Assembly (NCBI GenBank): GCA_963749655.1
Contig: CAVVOB010000011.1
Span: 1-21,769 of the forward strand
Direction: 5' to 3'
DNA: 21,769 bases
Source of the DNA: Nitrospirota bacterium
GTDB lineage: Bacteria > Nitrospirota > UBA9217
A model generated the notes under the pieces. The model did no database searches. It was not told the origin of the DNA and was given only the letters and a program-made list of their open reading frames with translations. Positions 1 through 7,685 of this stretch are shown here, in pieces; positions within the stretch are counted from its first letter, which is position 1; each line of letters starts with the position of its first letter. The position numbers and the translations under genes are program-made.

Positions 1-2
1 TC

Positions 3-227
3 AAACGGTTCCTCGAAGAGGGACACAAGGTCAAGGTCAGCGTTATGTTCCGGGGACGCGAGATGGCGCATACCGACCAGGGCCGGGCGGTGCTCCAGCG
101 GCTCATCGAGCAGCTTCAGAACGATGCGGTCGTAGAGCAGGCACCGCGCATGGAAGGCAGGAACATGATGCTTCTGCTCGGCGCAAAGCCGAAAGAAGTC
201 GTGGCCAAGAAGCCGGGTCAAGCATAA
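3..227 (+). CDS. infC: Translation initiation factor IF-3, C-terminal part (5'-truncated by window edge)
   Basis: Frame from nt 3 reads KRFLEEGHKVKVSVMFRGREMAH...PRMEGRNMMLLL, the IF-3 C-domain signature. It lies directly upstream of rpmI-rplT. Confidence 0.97.
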   Translation, partial: KRFLEEGHKVKVSVMFRGREMAHTDQGRAVLQRLIEQLQNDAVVEQAPRMEGRNMMLLLGAKPKEVVAKKPGQA

Positions 228-307
228 CAGGTGATTCCGCGGAGGGTTCTCCTTCGCTATCCATAATAGAGGAAGCAATAATCCACGATTCGGAAGGGGA
301 ATGAGGC

Positions 308-529
308 ATGGCAAAAATAAAGGTAAAAACAAAACTAAAAACCAACCGGAGTGCCGCCAAACGGATAAAAATTTCCGGCACCGGCAAGATCATGAGGCGC
401 AAGGGGTGGAAGCGTCATCTCCTGTCAGGCAAGAACGCCACACGGAAGAGGCGCTTGAGCGGAGATTTTGAGGTCAGTAAGAGTGAGAAAGAAAATTTTA
501 AGCAAATGCTGCCGTACGGAGTGAAATAA
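308..529 (+). CDS. rpmI: 50S ribosomal protein L35
   Basis: KLKTNRSAAKR..GTGKI..RHLL..K..RKRRL...LPY pattern; position between infC and rplT. Confidence 0.96.
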   Translation: MAKIKVKTKLKTNRSAAKRIKISGTGKIMRRKGWKRHLLSGKNATRKRRLSGDFEVSKSEKENFKQMLPYGVK

Positions 530-551
530 GAAGTTGCCACCGTTTAAAGTT

Positions 552-597
552 CAGAATGCATTCTGTCGGGAATGACGTTCATTATGAACGATGAACG
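552..597. repeat. Intergenic palindromes and ATGAACG heptamer repeat
   Basis: Perfect palindrome CAGAATGCATTCTG (552-565); inverted repeat CGTTCAT-T-ATGAACG (576-590) followed by a tandem ATGAACG (591-597). Confidence 0.6.
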
Positions 598-628
598 TGC
601 ACTACGAAATTGAGGAGGTTTTACTACA

Positions 629-982
629 ATGCCGAGAGCTAAAGGCGGCCCGAAAACAAGGGCCAGAAGGAAGCGGGTGCTCAACCTTGCCGAAGGGTAC
701 TGGGGAGCAAAATCGAAACTGTTCCGTTCAGCCACTGAAGCGGTTGATCGTGCGCTCAAATATGCCTATCGTGACCGGAAGGCCCGGAAGCGGGATTTCC
801 GCAGACTCTGGATCGCACGCATCAATGCGGCGGCGCGCCTGAACGGAGTGACCTACAGCAGGTTCATGGCCGGTCTGACCAAGAACAATGTGGCAATCGA
901 CCGGAAGATCCTGGCTGATCTCGCCGTGACCGATCCTGCGGGATTTGCCAAACTGGTTGAAACGGCCAAGGCCGCGTCCTAG
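629..982 (+). CDS. rplT: 50S ribosomal protein L20
   Basis: MPRAKGG...GYWG...[26 protein letters not shown]...YSRF...[10 protein letters not shown]; strong GAGGAGG SD upstream. Confidence 0.99.
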   Translation: MPRAKGGPKTRARRKRVLNLAEGYWGAKSKLFRSATEAVDRALKYAYRDRKARKRDFRRLWIARINAAARLNGVTYSRFMAGLTKNNVAIDRKILADLAVTDPAGFAKLVETAKAAS

Positions 983-1125
983 CAAGTGGGGAATGCGGAT
1001 TTCACCCCGCACTCGCGCGAGCGCTCGTTATCGCCGGGTGCAGGCGGAATGCGCAAGTCGGTTCTCCGGATAACCGCAGAGAAAATCCGCGATCAGCCGT
1101 TTCCCCCCGTCACAATGAATACTGG

Positions 1126-1155
1126 AAAAAAGCCCCGGATGTCCGGGGCTTTTTT
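1126..1155. terminator. Bidirectional rho-independent terminator closing infC-rpmI-rplT
   Basis: AAAAAA-GCCCCGGA-TG-TCCGGGGC-TTTTTT: a perfect GC-rich inverted repeat with a T-tract on each strand. Confidence 0.9.
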
Positions 1156-1156
1156 G

Positions 1157-1185
1157 TTGACAACGCGGCTCAATTCGGTTAAAAA
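1157..1185 (+). promoter_or_regulatory. Putative sigma70 promoter for the amidase
   Basis: Perfect -35 TTGACA (1157-1162), 17 bp spacer, weak -10 TAAAAA (1180-1185), immediately after the terminator. Confidence 0.45.
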
Positions 1186-1195
1186 ACGAACAGAA

Positions 1196-2977
1196 ATGAT
1201 GATATACAGCCGTTCCTTTATCACGGCGTTCATCGCATGCGCCATTCTTCTTTCTGTTCCGCGATCCGCTCTTCCGTCCTATAATTCCGAGGCCGGGCAC
1301 AAGTTCACTGTCGCCTGCCAGCGCCTCGTCGATCTTAGAAAATCGAGCAAAAAAAAGAAATACCGGTCTTACTGGATAGATTGCGCCCGCACCTTCGAGC
1401 TGGTGGAAAAAAGATATCCCAAAAGTCCTGTCGCCGCCGATGCCTGCTTTGAGCGGGCCGGACTGTACGAAGAGCTTTACCGGTACAATAAACATTCCAG
1501 TGACTTACGGGAAGCGATACAGCTGTACGGAGCCTGCCAGGCCGCTTATCCTCGGCATGCGAAAGCGCCTGAGGCGCTCTACCACATTGTCGACGTTCTG
1601 CTTGATGTGAAAAAGGACGCAAGCGCCGCGTCCGACGCTTACAGCAGGCTCGCCGGAGCGTACCCCGACAGCAGGTGGACGGACAAAGCGAAGGCCCGCA
1701 TCACCCCGGCTGTCCGCAGGAAGCGGAAGCAGGAACCGGAAATCCGCAGCATGCCGGTGCCCATGATCGCGGCGCCGGGAAAACAGGGGCCGCCCGTCGA
1801 TATCCAGAAAATCAGGTCCTGGTCCGGCGGCGCCTATACCCGCATCGTTATCGAACAGAGTGGTCCTGCCAAATTCCGGACTCAGGAGCTTAAAGACCGT
1901 CTTGTATTTGATCTTCTCAATACACGACTCACACCTTCGGTTGACAAAGACCCGCTGCCGGTGAACGACGGAATTCTTCGGCAAGTCCGCGCAGGTCAGT
2001 ACGCGCCGGACATCGTGCGCGTTGTGCTCGACCTGGCCAGCATCAAGAGCTATGTCGCATTTCCGCTCCATGATCCCGATCGTCTCGTGATCGATGTTAC
2101 GGGAGAGGGCGGGGCCGCAGCAGGTGCGGCGTCTTCGAGCGGCGAGACGGGTACTCAGAACGAAACAAATACCGTGCCTGAGACAAAACCGCCCCTCGCA
2201 ACCTCTCCCCGTACGACGTCGCCCCCGAACAATGACGGCAACCGGCTGACCCTGTCTCGACAATTGGGGCTCAAAGTAAAGAGTATCGCAATCGATGCCG
2301 GTCACGGAGGACACGATCCGGGCGCAATTGGGAAAAGCGGATTAAAGGAAAAAAGCATTACTCTTGATATCGCAAAGCGGCTGGCGGTGCTCGTCAGGGA
2401 GCGACTCGGCTGCAATGTGGTTATGACACGGGACAGGGACGTTTTTATTCCCCTGGATCAGCGTCCCTTCATTGCCAAGTCTCGGAATGCCGATCTGTTT
2501 GTTTCCATCCACGTGAATGCGAACAGAAAGCGAAAAACCAGGGGAATTGAGACGTATGTGCAGGGACTCAAAGCTTCGGACCGCGAGGCCATGGCGACAG
2601 CGGCGCGTGAAAACGCAATGTCCGACCGGAGTTTGAGCGAGCTCGACAATGAGGTCGACAGGATGCTGAAGGATTTGAAAATAGACAACAAGATCGAAGA
2701 GTCGATCCAACTTGCAGGAGCGGTGCAGAATTCCCTGGTCGATACGACCAGACCCCTGCAGCCTAGTGTAGTAAATCACGGAGTTAAAAGCGCTTTTTTC
2801 TACGTTCTGATGAATACCAACATTCCGAGCATCCTTGCCGAGGTGGGCTTCATCAGCAACCCCGACGAGGAAAAGCTCCTTAAAAAGGAGTCCTACCGGC
2901 AGGCCGTTGCTGAAGCCCTGTATCAGGGCGTGAAAAAATACGTCGATGCTTTTTCCCCGCAGACGGCGGGGTTGTGA
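1196..2977 (+). CDS. N-acetylmuramoyl-L-alanine amidase (AmiC-like) with N-terminal TPR-like repeats and AMIN domain
   Basis: Signal-like N-terminus MMIYSRSFITAFIACAILL; TPR-like helices (YPKSPVAADA, YPRHAKAPEAL, YPDSRW); AMIN segment (YTRIVIE..RLVFDL..VRVVLDL..PDRLVIDV); Amidase_3 motifs IDAGHGGHDPGA, EK, FVSIHVNA, LAEVGFISN. Start moved from 986 to 1196 (or 1199) because the upstream part of the ORF crosses the terminator. Confidence 0.93.
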   Translation: MMIYSRSFITAFIACAILLSVPRSALPSYNSEAGHKFTVACQRLVDLRKSSKKKKYRSYWIDCARTFELVEKRYPKSPVAADACFERAGLYEELYRYNKHSSDLREAIQLYGACQAAYPRHAKAPEALYHIVDVLLDVKKDASAASDAYSRLAGAYPDSRWTDKAKARITPAVRRKRKQEPEIRSMPVPMIAAPGKQGPPVDIQKIRSWSGGAYTRIVIEQSGPAKFRTQELKDRLVFDLLNTRLTPSVDKDPLPVNDGILRQVRAGQYAPDIVRVVLDLASIKSYVAFPLHDPDRLVIDVTGEGGAAAGAASSSGETGTQNETNTVPETKPPLATSPRTTSPPNNDGNRLTLSRQLGLKVKSIAIDAGHGGHDPGAIGKSGLKEKSITLDIAKRLAVLVRERLGCNVVMTRDRDVFIPLDQRPFIAKSRNADLFVSIHVNANRKRKTRGIETYVQGLKASDREAMATAARENAMSDRSLSELDNEVDRMLKDLKIDNKIEESIQLAGAVQNSLVDTTRPLQPSVVNHGVKSAFFYVLMNTNIPSILAEVGFISNPDEEKLLKKESYRQAVAEALYQGVKKYVDAFSPQTAGL

Positions 2978-3023
2978 TAGCACAGAGGGAATGCAGACGG
3001 GATTAACAAATCAGCTTAAGATC

Positions 3024-3058
3024 GGAGACTTGAAACTGGAGACCTGAAAGTGGAGACT
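3024..3058. repeat. Heptamer tandem repeat, 5 alternating units
   Basis: GGAGACT TGAAACT GGAGACC TGAAAGT GGAGACT; the last unit overlaps the prfB stop codon. Confidence 0.8.
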
Positions 3059-4188
3059 ATCCACCTCCCGTTTCCTTTCCCTTTGCTACGGCGCTTTCTG
3101 CGATCAGATACGCCTCGATGAACTGGTCGATGTCGCCGTCCATGACGGCGGTCACGTTCCCGACCTCCACGCCGGTGCGGTGGTCCTTCACCATCTGGTA
3201 GGGCTGGAACACATAGGACCGGATCTGGCTTCCCCAGGCGATGTCCTTCTTCTCGCTCACGAGCTTCCCGACCTTTTCATCCTGTTCTTTCTTCCGCACT
3301 TCATACAGCCGCGACCGCAGGACCTTCATGGCCACGTTCTTGTTCTTGAGCTGGGAACGTTCGTTCTGGCACTGGACCACGATGTTCGTCGGCAGATGCG
3401 TGATGCGCACGGCGGAGTCGGTCTTGTTCACGTGCTGGCCGCCGGCGCTCGAAGCGCGGTAGGTGTCGATGCGCAGGTCCTTTTCGTCGATTGCAATGTC
3501 TACATCTTCCTCGACCTCGGGGTACACGTAGACCGAGGCGAACGAGGTGTGCCGTCGTTTGTTGGCGTCAAAGGGCGAGATGCGGACGAGGCGGTGCACA
3601 CCGGCCTCGGCCTTCATCCTGCCGTAGGCATAGTCGCCCGACACCGTGAAGGTGACGGACTTGACGCCCGCTTCCTCGCCGTTCTGATAGTCGAGGATCT
3701 CGGTCTTATACCCGCGTTTCTCGGCCCAGCGCAGATACATGCGCATCAGCATCTCGGCCCAGTCCTGGGCCTCGGTGCCGCCGGCGCCGGGATGGATGGA
3801 GACGATGGCGTTCGAAGGTCCCGCTCGCCCGACAGCAACGCGGCTATTTCGGCTGTTGCGATGTCCTTCTGGATGCGCGCCAGATCGCGCTTCCAGTTCC
3901 CGGAGCAGGGATTCACCGCCTTCTTCCGAGACCAGTTCGGCCATGGCCTCAAGATCGCCCAGCGCGTCGAGAGAGCGTTCCAGTCGCGGAGCGCACGCTC
4001 GATGGCGGCTTTTTCCTTTAAGATGACGTTTGCTTTGTCCTTGCTTGTTCCAGAAACCGGAGGTTTCGGTGAGGCTGGTGAGTTCGGCCAGGCGCGCTTC
4101 CTTGGCAGGGGTGTCAAAGATGCCTCCGCAGGGTCTCGACCCTGCCTTTAATGGTGTCGAGCTGCTGCTTCAGGTCTTCAACGAGCAT
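3057..4188 (-). CDS. prfB: Peptide chain release factor 2, with programmed +1 frameshift after codon 24 (about 376 aa)
   Basis: GAGGAG SD, ATG at 4188, [24 protein letters not shown] then CTT-TGA-C. The +1 frame is open from 4115 to 3057 and contains [23 protein letters not shown] (SPF), GGQHVN and WGSQIRSY. Confidence 0.97.
4113..4127 (-). promoter_or_regulatory. RF2 autoregulatory +1 ribosomal frameshift site
   Basis: Minus strand GGAGG-CAT-CTT-TGA-C: internal SD 3 nt upstream of the slippery CTT and in-frame UGA, the canonical prfB recoding signal. Confidence 0.95.
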
Positions 4189-4221
4189 TCCTGTCTCCTC
4201 TGCGGTAAGAAAATTGTGCGA

Positions 4222-4250
4222 ATTATACCATAAGGGAAACGAACAAGCAA
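4222..4250 (-). promoter_or_regulatory. Putative sigma70 promoter of prfB
   Basis: Minus strand TTGCTT, 17 bp spacer, TATAAT with extended -10 TG (TGGTATAAT). Confidence 0.65.
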
Positions 4251-4312
4251 AGATAAAGAATCACGAAACATGCAACCAATAAGCACCGGAGGTGTCTTAA
4301 TCTGAGAAAGTC

Positions 4313-4341
4313 TTGACTTCCGCAGGGTTCTGCTGTAATGT
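4313..4341 (+). promoter_or_regulatory. Putative sigma70 promoter of the tetR-efflux cluster
   Basis: TTGACT (4313-4318), 17 bp spacer, TAATGT (4336-4341). Confidence 0.6.
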
Positions 4342-4356
4342 AAGCACGTACTTACA
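4339..4356. promoter_or_regulatory. Putative TetR operator
   Basis: 18-bp near-perfect palindrome TGTAAGCACGTACTTACA (one mismatched pair) overlapping the predicted -10/TSS just upstream of tetR. Confidence 0.7.
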
Positions 4357-4377
4357 AAGAGGAATCGCGGAGCAACC

Positions 4378-4977
4378 ATGATACGAAGCACGACGACACG
4401 GCAGAAGCTTCTTGAGGCGTCGCTCAAGATAATTTCAGAAAAGGGCTATCTCGGCGCCACCACGCGCGCAATTTCGCGGCAGGCGGGCGTGACCGAGCTC
4501 ACCCTGTTCCGTCACTTCGGCACGAAGGCGCAGCTTTTCGAAAACCTTCTGAATAATTATACCTTTCTTCCGAAGCTGAAGGGGCTCATGCCCGAACTGG
4601 AGAAACTGTCCTATGAAGAAGCGCTCACACTGATCGCGGTAAAGTTTCTGCTCACGCTGAAAGAACGCAAGCCGATGATCAAGATCATCTTCTCGGAGAT
4701 CCATCTCTATCCCGAAAAGATCCGGGACATGTACACGGCATTCATCGATGAGGTCAGGATGACCCTTGCGAGCTACTTTCAGTCGCTTCAAAAGAAGGGC
4801 GCTTTGAGGAACGTTGCTCCCGAGACCGCTGCCCGGGCCTTTCTAGGCATGCTCCTCAGCTATTTCCGGTCCGAAGAGATCATCAGGGAAGGCGGCGTGT
4901 CGCGGAAACGAATGGAGCAGAGCGTCCGGGAGTTTGTCGACATTTTCATCCACGGCACTTTGAAGAACGGACGATAA
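4378..4977 (+). CDS. TetR/AcrR family transcriptional regulator
   Basis: N-terminal HTH TRQKLLEASLKIISEKGYLGATTRAISRQAGVTELTLFRHFGTKAQL; 199 aa; heads the efflux genes. Confidence 0.95.
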   Translation: MIRSTTTRQKLLEASLKIISEKGYLGATTRAISRQAGVTELTLFRHFGTKAQLFENLLNNYTFLPKLKGLMPELEKLSYEEALTLIAVKFLLTLKERKPMIKIIFSEIHLYPEKIRDMYTAFIDEVRMTLASYFQSLQKKGALRNVAPETAARAFLGMLLSYFRSEEIIREGGVSRKRMEQSVREFVDIFIHGTLKNGR

Positions 4978-4997
4978 CCAGGTCAAGGAGAGAGAAT

Positions 4998-6380
4998 ATG
5001 CAGGACCGGTTCATATCTACAACAGGGAAAGCAGTCGCCGCGTCGGTGCTCATTGCATTTTTCATTTTTCCGCCGTTTCAGGCGGCCTTGAGTGCAGAGC
5101 CCGACGGGAATCAGCCCCCGGCGGAACAACCATCCCCGGCAGCCGGGCAGCCGGCCGGTTTGATAACGAAGGGCGAAATGCTGACGCTCAACCGTTGTAT
5201 CGATATCGCCCTCAAGCAAAACCCGTCGATCGTTGCCTCTCTGAACACGGTGGAAGTCAGCAGGAGCAAGGTCGGGGAGGCGCGGTCCGGTTATTATCCG
5301 CAGTTGAGCGCCCAGGCGTCCTATGACAGAGTACAGCCGATTCCGGGTACGGCAGCGGCCTCGAGCGGCACCGCGGCCTATAACCAGTATGCAAGCAACG
5401 TGTCACTCAGCCAGACCCTCCTGGATTTCGGAAAAACATCGTCGTCCGTCGATGTATCGAAGTACAATCTCGAATCTTCCCGTTCGGACCTTTCCACGAC
5501 GCAGGATTCCATTATCCTGAGCGTCAAGCAAGCCTACTATGGCGTTCTTCAAGCCAGAAGAAACCGCGATGTGGCGGCTGATGTCATAAAGCAGTTTCAA
5601 CTTCACCTCGACCAGGCTAAAGGGTTTTACGAAGTCGGAACGAAAGCCAAGATCGACGTCATCAAGGCGGAAGTCGATCTGAGCAACGCTCAGCTCAGCC
5701 TCATTAATGCCGAGAATGCGCTCAAAATAGCATGGATTACGCTGAGCACTGCCATGGGCATCCCCGATGCCCCGGAATATACGATCGAGGACAACCTGTC
5801 GTTCCAGAAGTATCCTATAACACTGGAAGAGGCGACGGCACGGGCATTGGAGAACAGGCCCGATCTCAAATCTCTTATCGTGAAAAGACAGGCTGCCGAG
5901 GCCAATATCGATCTGCAGCGTACCGGCTATTACCCCACATTATCGGGCAATGCAAGCTATAACTGGGCCGGTGAGAGCCCTTCGACGATCGATCACGGCT
6001 GGACCGCCGGGGTTCTCTTGACCGTTCCGCTGTTCAGCGGTTTCCTGACCAGTCATCAGGTGGCGGAAGCGAAGTCCAGCCTCTATGTTGCCAGGGCAAA
6101 CGAAGAGTCGCAGCGCCTGCAGGTCCTTCTTGATGTACGGCAGGCGTTTCTGAACCTGCAGGCTGCGGAGGCCAGTATTTCAACGGCCGAACTCGCGTCC
6201 AAGCAGGCCAAGGAAAACCTTGATCTTGCAAACGGTCGATATACCGCCGGCGTAGGCAGCCCCATCGAAGTATCAGATGCCTTCGCTACGTACGTCACCG
6301 CCCAGGCGAACTATACGACCTCCCTGGCCAATTACAAGATTGCCCAGGCGAATATCGAGAAGTCGATGGGAGCGAGGTAA
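4998..6380 (+). CDS. TolC-family outer membrane efflux protein
   Basis: Signal peptide; LTLNRCIDIALKQNP; two OEP repeats (YYPQLS...LLDFG and YYPTLS...VPLFSG); RYTAGVGSPIEVSDA. Confidence 0.93.
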   Translation: MQDRFISTTGKAVAASVLIAFFIFPPFQAALSAEPDGNQPPAEQPSPAAGQPAGLITKGEMLTLNRCIDIALKQNPSIVASLNTVEVSRSKVGEARSGYYPQLSAQASYDRVQPIPGTAAASSGTAAYNQYASNVSLSQTLLDFGKTSSSVDVSKYNLESSRSDLSTTQDSIILSVKQAYYGVLQARRNRDVAADVIKQFQLHLDQAKGFYEVGTKAKIDVIKAEVDLSNAQLSLINAENALKIAWITLSTAMGIPDAPEYTIEDNLSFQKYPITLEEATARALENRPDLKSLIVKRQAAEANIDLQRTGYYPTLSGNASYNWAGESPSTIDHGWTAGVLLTVPLFSGFLTSHQVAEAKSSLYVARANEESQRLQVLLDVRQAFLNLQAAEASISTAELASKQAKENLDLANGRYTAGVGSPIEVSDAFATYVTAQANYTTSLANYKIAQANIEKSMGAR

Positions 6381-6438
6381 ACTGAATTCGGAATGCGGAT
6401 TTGAAAAGTCCAAGAATACAGAGCAGGAGAACAAAGTA

Positions 6439-7587
6439 ATGAGACGAGTTCATTCAGCAAATTCAGTCAGTATAGCGGCAATTTTAACGACACTGTTATT
6501 CGCCTGTTCAACGGGGAACGGAAAGCCGATGCCGCGGGCCGTACCGGTTGTGGCCGAGACAGCGGACCAGAAGAACATTCCTCTGCAGGTCAAGACGATC
6601 GGGAACGTCGAGCCCTTCAATGCCGTTACCGTCAAGGCCATGGTGGGCGGCGAAATTGCTGGTGTGTACTTCAGGGAAGGACAGGACGTCAAAAAAGACG
6701 ATCTGCTGTTCAAGATCGACCCCCGGCCGTACGAGGCCGCGCTCAGGCAGGCGGAGGCCACTCTGGCGAAGGACGCGGCGCAGGCGAAGAACGCAGAAGA
6801 GCAGGCCAAGAGATACGCCATCCTGGTGCAGAAGGACTATGTCGCCAAGGACCAGTATGACCAGCTTCGCGCCAATGCCGATGCTCTTGCGGCGGCCGTT
6901 GATGCGGACAGGGCCACTGTCGAAAATGCACGGCTTCAGCTCGCTTACTGCACCATAAAATCCCCCATCAACGGACGTGCCGGAAGCGTATTGGTCAATG
7001 TCGGGAACGTCATCAAGGCGAACGACGTCTCCCTGACCACGATCAACCAGCTCTTGCCCATATACGTGACTTTTTCCGTTCCTGAGCAGAACCTGACCGA
7101 TATCAAGAAATACATGGCTGCCCGCGAACTGAAAGTGGACGCCCTTATCCCCGGGGACGAAAAACGGCCGGCCAGCGGCGACCTGACCTTCATCGACAAC
7201 ACCGTCGACAAGAGCACGGGAACGATCAAGCTTAAGGGGACCTTCGACAATCACGACCGCAGGCTCTGGCCGGGGCAGTTCGTGGATGTCGTCCTTATAT
7301 TGACAACGGAACCGAACCGCATCGTCGTGCCGTCCCAGGCCGTTCAAACCGGGCAGCAGGGACAGTACGTGTACGTCATCAAGAGCGACCTCTCGGCAGA
7401 GCTGCGCGTCGTATCCGCGGGCCGGACGTACCAGAACTGGACCATTATCGACAAGGGCGTTGCAGCAGGAGAAAAGGTCGTTACCGACGGACAGCTCCGG
7501 CTCACACCGGGAGCGAAGGTGGAGATCAAGAAGGAGCAGAATAAAGCGCAGCCTCAACCTGAAGGAAAGAAGCCGGCAGGAAAATAA
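6439..7587 (+). CDS. RND efflux periplasmic adaptor (MdtA-like membrane fusion lipoprotein)
   Basis: AGGAG SD before ATG 6439; lipobox LFAC; FREGQDVKKDDLLFKIDPRPY, TIKSPINGR, FIDNTVDKSTGTI, LWPGQFV. Confidence 0.93.
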   Translation: MRRVHSANSVSIAAILTTLLFACSTGNGKPMPRAVPVVAETADQKNIPLQVKTIGNVEPFNAVTVKAMVGGEIAGVYFREGQDVKKDDLLFKIDPRPYEAALRQAEATLAKDAAQAKNAEEQAKRYAILVQKDYVAKDQYDQLRANADALAAAVDADRATVENARLQLAYCTIKSPINGRAGSVLVNVGNVIKANDVSLTTINQLLPIYVTFSVPEQNLTDIKKYMAARELKVDALIPGDEKRPASGDLTFIDNTVDKSTGTIKLKGTFDNHDRRLWPGQFVDVVLILTTEPNRIVVPSQAVQTGQQGQYVYVIKSDLSAELRVVSAGRTYQNWTIIDKGVAAGEKVVTDGQLRLTPGAKVEIKKEQNKAQPQPEGKKPAGK

Positions 7588-7685
7588 CTCCATCACCGCA
7601 GTCTGCGTAAAAGACGCAGGCGTTCGAAGGGTTTTTCGTTTCCGCAGGTCCTTTCCTGCGTCCTCGGCGGCAAAGAAGGTTTTTC

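Noticed and set aside
986-1195. 70-codon N-terminal extension of the amidase ORF
   Set aside because: It runs through a clear terminator and promoter, and the signal-peptide-like sequence starts at 1196.
3746-4117. 123-aa minus-strand ORF as an independent gene
   Set aside because: It is the alternative frame of prfB and contains the displaced RF2 segments.
6277-6438. Longer start for the RND adaptor
   Set aside because: It overlaps tolC and the repeat; the SD and lipoprotein signal support ATG 6439.
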